Positions 20,663 to 29,843 of a DNA stretch of 64,000 bases are shown here, piece after piece; the stretch's first letter is position 1, and each line of letters begins with the position of its first letter. Origin of the DNA: Candidatus Freyarchaeum deiterrae (lineage in GTDB: Archaea; Asgardarchaeota; Jordiarchaeia; Jordiarchaeales; Jordiarchaeaceae); the NCBI GenBank assembly GCA_037305845.1, contig CP147778.1, positions 1,120,001-1,184,000 on the forward strand, in the 5' to 3' direction. The notes beneath the pieces are model-generated. The model was not told the DNA's origin. It was given only the letters and a program-made list of their open reading frames with translations, and did not search any database. The translations under genes were made by a program, and so were the position numbers.

Positions 20663-21223
20663 CTACGAAGCTGTGACATCCATGAACAAAAGCATGTGAT
20701 AGTTTCCGTTCGCGGTAAAGAGATTTGGACGATTAGAGCTATTGTCCAGATGGTTATATAGTCCTACCAATCCGAAACACTCGTCAACAATGCGATAACC
20801 GCTCGGCCACACGTTCTTTAATAGACCGCCGTATATGAATAAGCTCACGTTTCCTTCTATGTTACTTAAAGTAATACTCGGCGTGTAATAATCCATAGGT
20901 ACAAAGTGCCACCCAGTGGTTCCGTTACCCAGTACTACTCCAGGTGTTATAGTGCCCGATGTTGTGTTTGATGCTAAAACTGCGAACAGCATTACGTCGC
21001 CGCTCTCTTGAATGTAATATGTTTTAAAGCTGATAGTGAGACTGAAAGGCCCCTGTTTGGCTCCAATATCTTTAGCATTCACTTGGGAAGCGCTTGGGAT
21101 ATAGGCGTAAGGATTCGTAGCGGAATAAGTACCCGAAGAACCTAGGGGTGTAAGAATAAACACTGAGAAGGTCAACGCAATCATAACAGTTAGTAGTACA
21201 CCAATTAGCCTTTTTTTATTCAT
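20663..21223 (-). CDS. Secreted or membrane-anchored hypothetical protein
   Basis: MNKKR plus hydrophobic signal; beta-rich body. Confidence 0.65.
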   Translation of the reverse strand: MNKKRLIGVLLTVMIALTFSVFILTPLGSSGTYSATNPYAYIPSASQVNAKDIGAKQGPFSLTISFKTYYIQESGDVMLFAVLASNTTSGTITPGVVLGNGTTGWHFVPMDYYTPSITLSNIEGNVSLFIYGGLLKNVWPSGYRIVDECFGLVGLYNHLDNSSNRPNLFTANGNYHMLLFMDVTAS

Positions 21224-21315
21224 TTCTGCTCACATCCGTTAATATAATCACTGTTATTTTAAGACTATAGGGCTTAATTATAGGTTTGCTATTAGGCAAA
21301 GGAGAATAAAAAGTT

Positions 21316-21831
21316 TTAGGTGTCCCCATTATTTATATGTTTGTCTCGAACTGTTTTCACTGTTTCTAAAAGAAGGACTTCTATTCCCTCACCGCTTTTA
21401 GCATTAATAGTGACCACTTGTGTATCGAGATCCTTTAAGATATCCTTTATTTCATCGGTTGCTGGAGTCTCTTCAGGATTTTTCTTATTCACCACCACTA
21501 TGGTAGGCACCTTTTTATCTTCTACTAGTTCTTCATAGATCTCACGTGCTTTTGAAAAAGATTCCCGATCACTACTGTCCACTACTAAAAGTAAAGCATT
21601 CATACCCTTGGACAAAGATTTTCGAACTACTGAAAACCGGTCAGATCCCGGAGTTCCAAAAAAGTGAAGCCGTGAATCATTCACATCACAATAGGTGTAA
21701 TCCATACCAACAGTAGAACCCTCACACTCCATCCGAATAGATTCCTTTCCGCTGAATTCGGCTAATTTTGAAACCATTTCCGTTTTGCCACTTGCCTTCG
21801 GCCCAGCCACCACAACCTTAAAATGGGTCAT
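21316..21831 (-). CDS. Small Ras-superfamily (MglA/Arf-like) GTPase
   Basis: GPKASGKT, TVGMDY, GTPG, NKKN, NAKSGEG. Confidence 0.85.
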   Translation of the reverse strand: MTHFKVVVAGPKASGKTEMVSKLAEFSGKESIRMECEGSTVGMDYTYCDVNDSRLHFFGTPGSDRFSVVRKSLSKGMNALLLVVDSSDRESFSKAREIYEELVEDKKVPTIVVVNKKNPEETPATDEIKDILKDLDTQVVTINAKSGEGIEVLLLETVKTVRDKHINNGDT

Positions 21832-22148
21832 TAAATTCCCTCTATAACCCTAAATTTTATTAATTAATCAACGTCATTTACCGATAAATAACTTTCGCTA
21901 ATATTAAAAAGCAGTGCTTCGCAGGAAAAGTAGCCTCACTGAATGAAGCGAAAATGATTAACAAAATATAGAATATGAAAACTTAAAGGAAATATCCCAC
22001 AAAACGCTGTAATATAGAAAGAGTTATGATATTTATTTTTGTAAAAGACAAAATTTTTGATAACTTTTAGAGAATTTAACCCTCTAAGTTGTTATTTTTG
22101 GGTATAATTAGAGATTGGAGGAGCAACCCCTTGCGGGGGTGTCCCCGA

Positions 22149-22173
22149 TGTCTTCCCTTTCGGGTTTCGGACA
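22149..22173 (-). promoter_or_regulatory. Archaeal-type SECIS-like hairpin in vhuU 3' UTR
   Basis: UGUC-CGAAA-CCC-GAAA-GGG-AA-GACA begins 5 nt after the stop: GAA/A internal loop plus three C-G pairs. Confidence 0.65.
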
Positions 22174-22178
22174 GCGGA

Positions 22179-22328
22179 TCAATCAGAGCCTATCACAATC
22201 TCTTTGTTCACGATCTCCTTACCCTCTTCATCGAGGATAATGAGATGGGCGGAACATGAGAGTCAGCAGTCATAGGATCGCATAACCATTTCCAGTAGGT
22301 TAAGGACCTTTGGGTCTATTTCGGGCAT
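22179..22328 (-). CDS. vhuU: Selenocysteine-containing hydrogenase C-terminal peptide VhuU (49 aa; TGA at 22263-22265 = Sec)
   Basis: GGAGGA then MPEIDPKVLNLLEMVMRSYDC-U-LSCSAHLIILDEEGKEIVNKEIVIGSD*. Supplies the Ni-binding motif missing from the upstream large subunit. Confidence 0.88.
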
Positions 22329-22357
22329 ATTTTCCTTATCCTCCAGATTTTTTGTTC

Positions 22358-23671
22358 TTAAGTTTTTATCATGGGTTCGGGTAACTTCAATTTTTCAAGA
22401 ATCTTATCCTCAAATATTTGCTTAGCCGTCACTAGGATTGATTTTTCCACTGTGGCTATGTTATGATTGGTGGCAACAATGAGGTTTGCTTTGGTGCATA
22501 TTCCGTTGTCATCTGACCAGTAGTGATGTATAAGTGTTCCACGAGGAGCTTCTAATATGCCTGCACCATTACCCTGTTTAGGCTCCACATCTGCAAGCTT
22601 AACATCGGTACTGACTATATCGGGGTCTTCAAGTAGAATCTTTGCTTTCTCTACAGCTTCAACCAGTTCAACTATCCTAGCCCAGTTATAAGCTAGGGTA
22701 GCATTGCATGGTCTGCCAACAGTATCCCTATATTCCTTGAATGCCTCCTGAGCCAGAGGAGTCTCCATTTTTTCGACAACATTTAGGCGTGGCAAAGGCC
22801 CTGCACGCCAAATTCCGTCTGGATAACCCGCCGGCTTATAGAATATGTGTGTCGCATAGGAGTAAGGTGCTACGTGTTCAGCTATGTATTCCAAATAATC
22901 TTTCTTCGGGAAATCTGCAACAATTTTACCTTCGGGACTCATAACCCTGACCGTTGCCTTCCCAAAGATGGTGTGCACGCCTTCATTGGCAATACCTACG
23001 TGGTATGAATCAAAAACTCCTAGCTTTGTTATAACATCTAGGTAGTCTGTAACAACCTTCTTAGCAAGGTCTACAGTAAAGTTGGTGAGTTCCAGTGCCT
23101 TGTCAATCCTTTTTAACTGTTCATCGCGTTCCTCCTCTGTCAGAGATTTAGACTGACCTCCAGGAACAGAAGTGACTGGATGTATAGCTCTTCCACCTAT
23201 AAGGAAGCAAAGTTCCTGTCCAATTCTCATCAATTCCAGTGCTTTTTTACCCACATCAGGTAGATTTTTAATTACTGTAATCACGTTACGGTATTTCGGC
23301 TCAGCGAGAGGACCTAACAGAAAGTCTGGCGCAGCTAAGGCATAAAAGTGTAAAGCGTGACTGGAAATATATTTTGCCTGTAAGAGGAGTTCTCTAAGCT
23401 TTAACGCGGGCAGGGGTGGAGTAACATCCCAAGCAGTCTCAACAGCGCTTACCGCTGCTAGGTGGTGAGCCTCGGGGCAGATACCGCAAATCCTTGGCGC
23501 TATTCGAATCACCCGGTCGAGATTACGGCCTTCTAGGAATTTTTCAAAGAAACGTGTGACTACTACACCGAAATGGGCGTCTTCTACTGTGTTATTTTTG
23601 CCTAGCTTTATTACGATTTTTCCGTGTCCCTCAAGTCTGGTTGCTGGTTCAATAACAATTTCTTTACTCAT
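22358..23671 (-). CDS. mvhA: F420-non-reducing [NiFe(Se)] hydrogenase large subunit (group 3c, split form, VhuA/MvhA)
   Basis: TRLEGHG, RICGIC, EAPRGTLIH; lacks the C-terminal DPCxxC. Confidence 0.92.
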   Translation of the reverse strand: MSKEIVIEPATRLEGHGKIVIKLGKNNTVEDAHFGVVVTRFFEKFLEGRNLDRVIRIAPRICGICPEAHHLAAVSAVETAWDVTPPLPALKLRELLLQAKYISSHALHFYALAAPDFLLGPLAEPKYRNVITVIKNLPDVGKKALELMRIGQELCFLIGGRAIHPVTSVPGGQSKSLTEEERDEQLKRIDKALELTNFTVDLAKKVVTDYLDVITKLGVFDSYHVGIANEGVHTIFGKATVRVMSPEGKIVADFPKKDYLEYIAEHVAPYSYATHIFYKPAGYPDGIWRAGPLPRLNVVEKMETPLAQEAFKEYRDTVGRPCNATLAYNWARIVELVEAVEKAKILLEDPDIVSTDVKLADVEPKQGNGAGILEAPRGTLIHHYWSDDNGICTKANLIVATNHNIATVEKSILVTAKQIFEDKILEKLKLPEPMIKT

Positions 23672-23674
23672 ATT

Positions 23675-24586
23675 TTATTTCGCCTTCCTTACGGTTTTTG
23701 ATACTATGCCCGATGGCAGGAAGTAGGTATAAAAGGTTCCGGCAACATCACCGACTCTTTTTACAAGTTCCTCTGGGCTTATTGCCTCATAATCTACTAT
23801 GGAGCCCAGTGCGCTAATCATCTTGGCTCCTTGGTCTATTACATTCGGTCCTGGACCGTAGCATCCCGTACAGGGCGATCCCGCCCTTGTACACAAGGCA
23901 CCGCAGCCTTCACGTGTCGCGGGCCCCATGCAAACGTATCCCTGTTCCAATAAGCACTTCTTTGGATCCGGTATCCCTTCATAGTCTCTCTTTAACTGTT
24001 TAATAGTTATTACTTGGGATTTTTCTCTTGGACACTCGTCACATAGAGTACGAGTTGGTGGTGGCGGTAGCTCGCCTTTCAACAGACCCACTAATGCGTC
24101 TGCAATGTTCTGTGAAGTTACCGGACAACCGGGTAGGAAAACTTCAAAATTCACTATTTTTTTGTTAGGCACAATAAAGTCTAACATCTTTGGAATATCT
24201 TCATCAGGAATAGAAGGTTCTTCAAGACTTTCTGCTTCCATAAATTTACGTTTGAAAGCTTCATCCATAGTAGAAAGATTAAGCAATCCGTAGATTCCAC
24301 CATAGGTGGAACAGCTGCCCAATGAAATCAGAGTTTTAACCTTCGCCCTCAAAGTCTTTAAGATGTGTACATCTTCCTCTGTCCTGCAGACACCTTCAAC
24401 AATTCCGACATCGATTGAGCCGTCCTTGTAACTCTCTAAATCCTTGTACTTGAAGTCGGTCACTACATGCCAGAAGACAATGTCCAACTCCGGCAGAATG
24501 GGTAGCAGGCCTTCGTAATTATCTAAAAACGATTGGTAACAACCCCAACAACTGGCCAACGAAACCATAGCTACTTTAACAGGCAT
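23675..24586 (-). CDS. mvhG: Hydrogenase small subunit MvhG
   Basis: SCWGC, GSCSTYGG, PGCP, CLLEQG..CMGP, CTGCYGP. Confidence 0.92.
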   Translation of the reverse strand: MPVKVAMVSLASCWGCYQSFLDNYEGLLPILPELDIVFWHVVTDFKYKDLESYKDGSIDVGIVEGVCRTEEDVHILKTLRAKVKTLISLGSCSTYGGIYGLLNLSTMDEAFKRKFMEAESLEEPSIPDEDIPKMLDFIVPNKKIVNFEVFLPGCPVTSQNIADALVGLLKGELPPPPTRTLCDECPREKSQVITIKQLKRDYEGIPDPKKCLLEQGYVCMGPATREGCGALCTRAGSPCTGCYGPGPNVIDQGAKMISALGSIVDYEAISPEELVKRVGDVAGTFYTYFLPSGIVSKTVRKAK

Positions 24587-24605
24587 TGTTCAAAACCTCC
24601 AAATT

Positions 24606-25065
24606 TTACTCCTTATCTTTTCTGAGCGGACTAGGTCCCAACTCCTTCAGTTTTTTCACAAAATCGTTCATAACTTCAACTAAAACATTACCTTCACTGG
24701 CTGAAATCCACTCCAACCTTAATCTCTCGGGTTCAATACCGAGCTGTTCAATTAACTTTTCGAGAAGTCTAATTCTCTCCTCAGCCCTGTAGTTTCCAGT
24801 AACATAGTGACAGTCACCGTGATGACACCCCGCTATAAGCACACCATCAGCACCCAATTCAAAAGCTTTCAAAACAAACTGAGGATCGACACGACTACTA
24901 CACATAACCCGAATAAACCTAGCATTTGAGGGATACTGCATCCTACTAGTACCCGCCATATCAGCGCCGGCATATGAACACCAATTCTGCGCCATGTAGA
25001 CAAATCTACGAAGCTTTGCAGAAGATGCCGACAATTCTTGGTTTAAATTCTCCGTCATTACCCAT
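24606..25065 (-). CDS. mvhD: MvhD [2Fe-2S] subunit, intron-split: join(complement 25016..25065, 24606..24984), 142 aa
   Basis: AGGTGA then ATG 25065: [16 protein letters not shown]|[12 protein letters not shown]...RVMCSSR...GCHHGDCHY. Intron removal restores the CNWC motif. Confidence 0.92.
24985..25015 (-). other. 31-nt BHB intron in mvhD
   Basis: CTGC-AA^A-GCT..GTAGA-TTTG-TCTAC..GGC-GCAG-AA^T; shifts frame and contains in-frame TAG. Confidence 0.9.
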
Positions 25066-25155
25066 TGCCTTTCACCTTACTTTAGTAATGTTTTTTTGAA
25101 GTTGTAGCAGATATTTTGTTGTGTTCACATTTTTTATTATCATTAGGGGGGAAGG

Positions 25156-25225
25156 TTTCCCCACGCGTGTTTTTAATAGGGTTTTTTTCGTGGTTAACAG
25201 TTATTTTTGATATTTAATGCTTTCG
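25156..25225 (-). promoter_or_regulatory. Promoter/leader of mvhD operon, duplicated upstream of hdrA
   Basis: 34-nt identity (25186-25219 = 28892-28925); BRE/TATA-like CGAAA..ATTAAATA on the minus strand. Confidence 0.7.
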
Positions 25226-25440
25226 ACAGCTTTATCCGCCAATTTTTAAAAAATAACAAACCGGAATTATTTCTACATAGAACGGAACCAGCTATATTTC
25301 TCGGATTAGTACGCCCTTTTTTTAAAAAATTAGGACTTATTACATGGAGTTGGCGCCTGTTTTGTTCTAGTCAATTATAATCACATTTTTGATTTAAAAT
25401 AATTCATGAAAACAGATGCAGAGATCCATTTGAAGTTATA

Positions 25441-25560
25441 TCCGAGTTCAAGAGCATTAAAAGGACAGACATCTCAACAACTTCCACAGAAACTAACTAA
25501 TTCCCAACATCAATCAGAGTTCTAATACGGGAAAGCTATGGAATGTGGGGACATATACGA
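25441..25560 (-). pseudogene. Degenerate 4Fe-4S ferredoxin/NuoI-like fragment
   Basis: Minus strand reads FCGSC*DVCPFNALELG, with stops and frameshifts upstream. Confidence 0.45.
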
Positions 25561-25695
25561 AGCGAATAAGAGTATGGTTCTATTTTTAAAACCTCTGATA
25601 ATCCTTAAGATTATTAGATGTGGCGAGGTCTTGTTTATAGGCAAGTCTAAAAATAGCGTAACTTGTTTCGTTTGAGAATTTGCCGGTGACCCTTT

Positions 25696-26724
25696 GTGAC
25701 AACTTTGAAAGTGCTGTTTAAAACTGTACAGGGGCTTGAAGAACCCACTTCGCAGGAGATTCTTGAGAAACTGAGCGCTATTAATTTGATCTTCTCCCCC
25801 TATGGCCCACAAGGATGGATTAAGTGTGAAATAGAGGATCGCATATTTAGGGATGTAGGAAGACTAAGGTCAATTATTGAGGCTTATGTGATTTTACGGG
25901 AGGAAGATTACGACGAGGGGTTCTCAATTGATAATTTTGCGGATGCGGTGGTAACTGAGATTCCTGTTTATGCTCCTAACGCCCGAAAAATTTCAGTTTC
26001 AGCCTACTCAAGTCACAGAAAACCAAGCCAAAAGGAGATACAAGGAACTTTTGCGAGGAGAATCGCCAAGGAACTTAACGCTGAATGCAATCTTAGGAAT
26101 TATGATACCGCTTTAAGAATAACCTTACTCAGGAGAATAGCGCTTGCAACCATAAACCTGGAAATACAGCCAGGAAACATGCCAAAGAAACTTGAAACCC
26201 ACCCAACACCAGTACTTCCCCCCATAGCGTATTGTATGGTCAGGTTAGCGTCCCCACAGAAGGGTGAACACTTGCTCGACCCGATGTGTGGTTGTGGAAC
26301 AATACCATGCATGGCGGCATTAGAGTGGGAAAACCTTAGAGTTACAGGGTCGGACATTTCCAGTGAATATATATCCTGCGCCAAGAGAAACGCTGAAACC
26401 TTAGGGGTAGCGGATAGAGTAAAATTTATGGTTAGTGACGTAGCAGAACTCGCAGAAAAAGGAGTTGAAGCGGATATAATCTCAGTTAACCCACCGTATG
26501 GAATAGCCATACCAACACAAAACGAGACGGAAAAACTGTACGACTCGATATTCAACACAGCTGATAAAATTCTACCAAAACAGGGTAGAATCATCATAAT
26601 AACACCCTACCCTCAACAAGTAGGAGAAGCGGCAAACAAAAAGAAGTTCCAGAGTATCAACACCTACAAAATCCACGAAGGAGAATTACCCAGAACAATC
26701 CAAATCATGAAAAAGTTACAATAA
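25696..26724 (+). CDS. THUMP-like SAM-dependent RNA methyltransferase (Trm14/UPF0020 family)
   Basis: LDPMCGCGTI, GSDIS, NPPYG. Confidence 0.85.
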   Translation: MTTLKVLFKTVQGLEEPTSQEILEKLSAINLIFSPYGPQGWIKCEIEDRIFRDVGRLRSIIEAYVILREEDYDEGFSIDNFADAVVTEIPVYAPNARKISVSAYSSHRKPSQKEIQGTFARRIAKELNAECNLRNYDTALRITLLRRIALATINLEIQPGNMPKKLETHPTPVLPPIAYCMVRLASPQKGEHLLDPMCGCGTIPCMAALEWENLRVTGSDISSEYISCAKRNAETLGVADRVKFMVSDVAELAEKGVEADIISVNPPYGIAIPTQNETEKLYDSIFNTADKILPKQGRIIIITPYPQQVGEAANKKKFQSINTYKIHEGELPRTIQIMKKLQ

Positions 26725-26842
26725 AAAATAGAGGTACATACCTCAAACTCTTTTCGAATTCTTCCAGCTAAGGTCACCGTATTTACTGGAATATTCCTTA
26801 GAAAATTATTAAAAAAGAGAAAAGAAAAAATTTGATTCGATT

Positions 26843-28801
26843 CTACTTTTGCAGGGCGGCTTCTATTTCAGCCATCACTTGTTTGAACTTGAAGTGTTGC
26901 TCGTCTATAGCTCCACTTGGGCAAGCAGCGGCACAAGCTCCACAGCCTTTGCACAGTATGCTGTTTATATTTGATTTATTATCTACAGTCATGCCGATTG
27001 CTCCGTATGGACATACATCTTGGCATACCTTGCATCCAGAGCAGAGTTCCTCGTCGACGACGCTAAAGTAGGGCTCGATCTCCACTTCACCCATACCCAT
27101 GAGTGCCATGGCGGCTGCAGCTGCACCCTTGCCTTGAGCTACTGCGTCAGGGATATCTTTTGGTCCTTGAGCCATGCCGCATACGAAGACACCGTCTGTA
27201 AGGGTGTCAACTGGGCGTAGCTTGGGGTGTGCTTCCATCAAGAATCCGTCTGCACTCTTGGAGAGTCGGAATAAGTGCTGTATTTCGGTAGTTTCCTTTC
27301 TGGGAATCACCGCTGATGCTAGGACAACCAGGTCCACTTCTAGTTCCATGAGTTGGCCGAGTAGCGTATCTTCCGCGCGGACTAATAGTTTTTCTGTTCC
27401 GGGGACTTGTCGGACTTCTGCCACTCTGCCTCGAACAAAGTTTACGCCGTATTCTCTTCCCGCAATCTCGTAGAATTCATCGTAACCTTTTCCAAAGGTC
27501 CGCATATCCATGTAAAATATGAAAACCTCAGCGTCAGGATATTTTTCCTTAATCTGCCTCGCGTGCTTTACGCTATAAGTGCAGCAGACTCTGGAACAGT
27601 ACTGGAATATCCTCTGGTCACGCGAACCTACACACTGAATGAACGCTATTCGCTTCGGCTTCTCATGGGTTGATGGAACAATAACCTTGCCACCCGTTGG
27701 GCCGAACGAACTAAGCAGCCTCTCCAGCTCCATGGAGGTGATTACGTTTGGTAAACGGCCATAACCATACTGGGGCAAGTCAAACGGAGTATATACATCA
27801 TAGCCAGTAGCTATTATAACAGTGCCCACGTTCAACTCTATCTCTTTCTCTTGCTGGTTGAAGTCAAGAGCCTCAGGCTCACAGGCCTTCACACACAGCA
27901 TACACTCTATACACTTATTTCTATCAATGGTGTAAAGGTTAGGAACAGCCTGCGGGAAAGGAATGTACGCCGCTCTTCGCGCACCCATACCTAATTCAAA
28001 TTCGTTGGGAACATACACTGGGCAGACCTCAACACATTTTCCACAACCAGTGCATTTTCCAGCTATCACGTATCTCGGATGTTCAACTATCTTCACTTTG
28101 AAGTTGCCTACATATCCTTCAACGCTTTTGAGTTCGCTATAGGTATGGATTTCAATATTCGGGTTACGAGACGCTTCCACCATTTTCGGAGTCAAAATAC
28201 ATGCGCTGCAGTCCATAGTTGGAAACGTCTTGTCAAGCTGCGCCATTCTCCCTCCAATAGTGGGAGACATCTCAATAAGGTAAACCTTGAATCCCGCCTT
28301 AGCAATGTCCAGCGCAGCTGAAATTCCAGCGATACCGCCTCCAACTATTAGGCACTCTGGTGTAACCTTTACTTTCTGAACCTCCAGTGGTTCCAATGCC
28401 GTAGCTTTAGCAACAGCAATCCTAATCAGATCCTTTGCCTTTTCCAACGCTTCCTCCGGTTGCCTCATGTGAACCCAGGTATCATGCTCCCTAATATTCG
28501 CCTGCTCAAAAAGAAACTGGTTCAACCCGGCCTCCACACACACTCTCCGGAAGGTCGGCTCATGAAGCCTCGGACTACAAGCTGCAACCACTACCCTGTT
28601 AAGATTCAGCTTCTGAATGTCCTCCTTAATCATCCCCTGTCCAGGATCAGAACACATAAAACGGTAATCTTTGGCCACCACCACATTGGGCAGGGTTTGT
28701 GCATACTCAGTCAAAGCCGTAGGACTCACTACACCAGCTATGTTCGTACCACAATGACACACATAAACTCCTATCCGTACTTCTTCTTCTTTTTCACCCA
28801 T
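26843..28801 (-). CDS. hdrA: Heterodisulfide reductase subunit A
   Basis: CHCGTNI, GGGIAG, DKTFPTMDCSAC, QCVGSR, CSRVCC, ferredoxin motifs. Confidence 0.96.
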   Translation of the reverse strand: MGEKEEEVRIGVYVCHCGTNIAGVVSPTALTEYAQTLPNVVVAKDYRFMCSDPGQGMIKEDIQKLNLNRVVVAACSPRLHEPTFRRVCVEAGLNQFLFEQANIREHDTWVHMRQPEEALEKAKDLIRIAVAKATALEPLEVQKVKVTPECLIVGGGIAGISAALDIAKAGFKVYLIEMSPTIGGRMAQLDKTFPTMDCSACILTPKMVEASRNPNIEIHTYSELKSVEGYVGNFKVKIVEHPRYVIAGKCTGCGKCVEVCPVYVPNEFELGMGARRAAYIPFPQAVPNLYTIDRNKCIECMLCVKACEPEALDFNQQEKEIELNVGTVIIATGYDVYTPFDLPQYGYGRLPNVITSMELERLLSSFGPTGGKVIVPSTHEKPKRIAFIQCVGSRDQRIFQYCSRVCCTYSVKHARQIKEKYPDAEVFIFYMDMRTFGKGYDEFYEIAGREYGVNFVRGRVAEVRQVPGTEKLLVRAEDTLLGQLMELEVDLVVLASAVIPRKETTEIQHLFRLSKSADGFLMEAHPKLRPVDTLTDGVFVCGMAQGPKDIPDAVAQGKGAAAAAMALMGMGEVEIEPYFSVVDEELCSGCKVCQDVCPYGAIGMTVDNKSNINSILCKGCGACAAACPSGAIDEQHFKFKQVMAEIEAALQK

Positions 28802-28863
28802 TCGGATTTCCTCCGAGATTTAATTTTTAAAGAGCTATATTAAATTAAATTATCGTTAAGAAT

Positions 28864-28931
28864 TTTCCCACGCGTATTTTTAGGAGGGTTGTTTCGTGGT
28901 TAACAGTTATTTTTGATATTTAATGTTTTCG
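28864..28931 (-). promoter_or_regulatory. Promoter/leader of hdrA, copy of the mvhD upstream element
   Basis: Near-identical to 25156-25225. Confidence 0.7.
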
Positions 28932-29082
28932 TTATCCCACATTTAATAAAACACAAAACTCAGTAGAGCTTATACGCAAATTAGAATCAAGCCTTTATTT
29001 AAAGCGACAAAATTATATCTCACTAAATTAATTTAATAAATACTTGAATTATAATAGAACTTTTAAAGGGGTTTATTTCTAA

Positions 29083-29694
29083 ATGGCGACTCTAAGGATA
29101 ATCTGCGATAACTGCGGGGCCAAGTTGCAATATTCCGAAGGTGAAACAGTTGTAACCTGCCCTTATTGTAATTGTGCCGTGGCACTAATAAAACCAGAAG
29201 ACGCCGAAGAACACTTCAAACGGGGGAACGACCATTATGAAAAGGGATTGCTTGGTAAGGCGATACGGGAATACAGAGAGGCGCTAAGAATAAACCCAGA
29301 CCATGCCAAAGCCCACAACAACCTGGGGACCGCTCTTGATGATAAGGGATTGGTTGATGAGGCGGTACGGGAATATGGAGAGGCGCTAAGAATAAACCCA
29401 GAATATGCCATAGCCCACTATAACTTGGGAAACGCCCTTTATGATAAGGGGTTGCTTGACGAGGCGATCCGAGAATATAGAGAAGCAATAAGAATAAAAC
29501 CGGACATCGTCTATGCACATAACAACTTGGGAAATGCTCTTGATGATAAGGGATTAGTTGATGAGGCGATACAAGAATATAGAGAAGCAATAAGAATAAA
29601 ACCGGACTTCACCGAAGCTCAACTCAACCTGAGTACGACCCTTAAAGCTAAGGGGCGGCCTGAGAGGCGATCAAAAAGTACAAAGAGGCGTTAA
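29083..29694 (+). CDS. Zn-ribbon plus TPR-repeat protein (last repeat frameshifted)
   Basis: CDNCG/CPYC; 34-aa repeats AHNNLG.AL.DKG..DEAI.EY.EA.RI.P. Confidence 0.85.
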   Translation: MATLRIICDNCGAKLQYSEGETVVTCPYCNCAVALIKPEDAEEHFKRGNDHYEKGLLGKAIREYREALRINPDHAKAHNNLGTALDDKGLVDEAVREYGEALRINPEYAIAHYNLGNALYDKGLLDEAIREYREAIRIKPDIVYAHNNLGNALDDKGLVDEAIQEYREAIRIKPDFTEAQLNLSTTLKAKGRPERRSKSTKRR

Positions 29695-29843
29695 GAATAA
29701 AACCAGACCCTGCCGAAGATTCCTGAGTATGCATGTATTCAGACTGCGATGAAATCTTTTTGTACGTTAAGCGGCAGAATTATATCTCCTCAAATTAATT
29801 TAGTTAATACTTGATTTATGATGGAACTTAGGGGTATTTTTAA

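Noticed and set aside
24985-25058. ORF-track N-terminus of mvhD (MTENLNQ...AQNWC)
   Set aside because: It lacks the conserved Cys and beta-strand. The alternative frame from ATG 25065 matches the family.
25474-25476. TGA in the ferredoxin relic as Sec
   Set aside because: It is not at a Cys position, and the surrounding frame is broken.
26843-28801. Selenocysteine in HdrA or MvhD
   Set aside because: Neither has an in-frame TGA; both are Cys forms.
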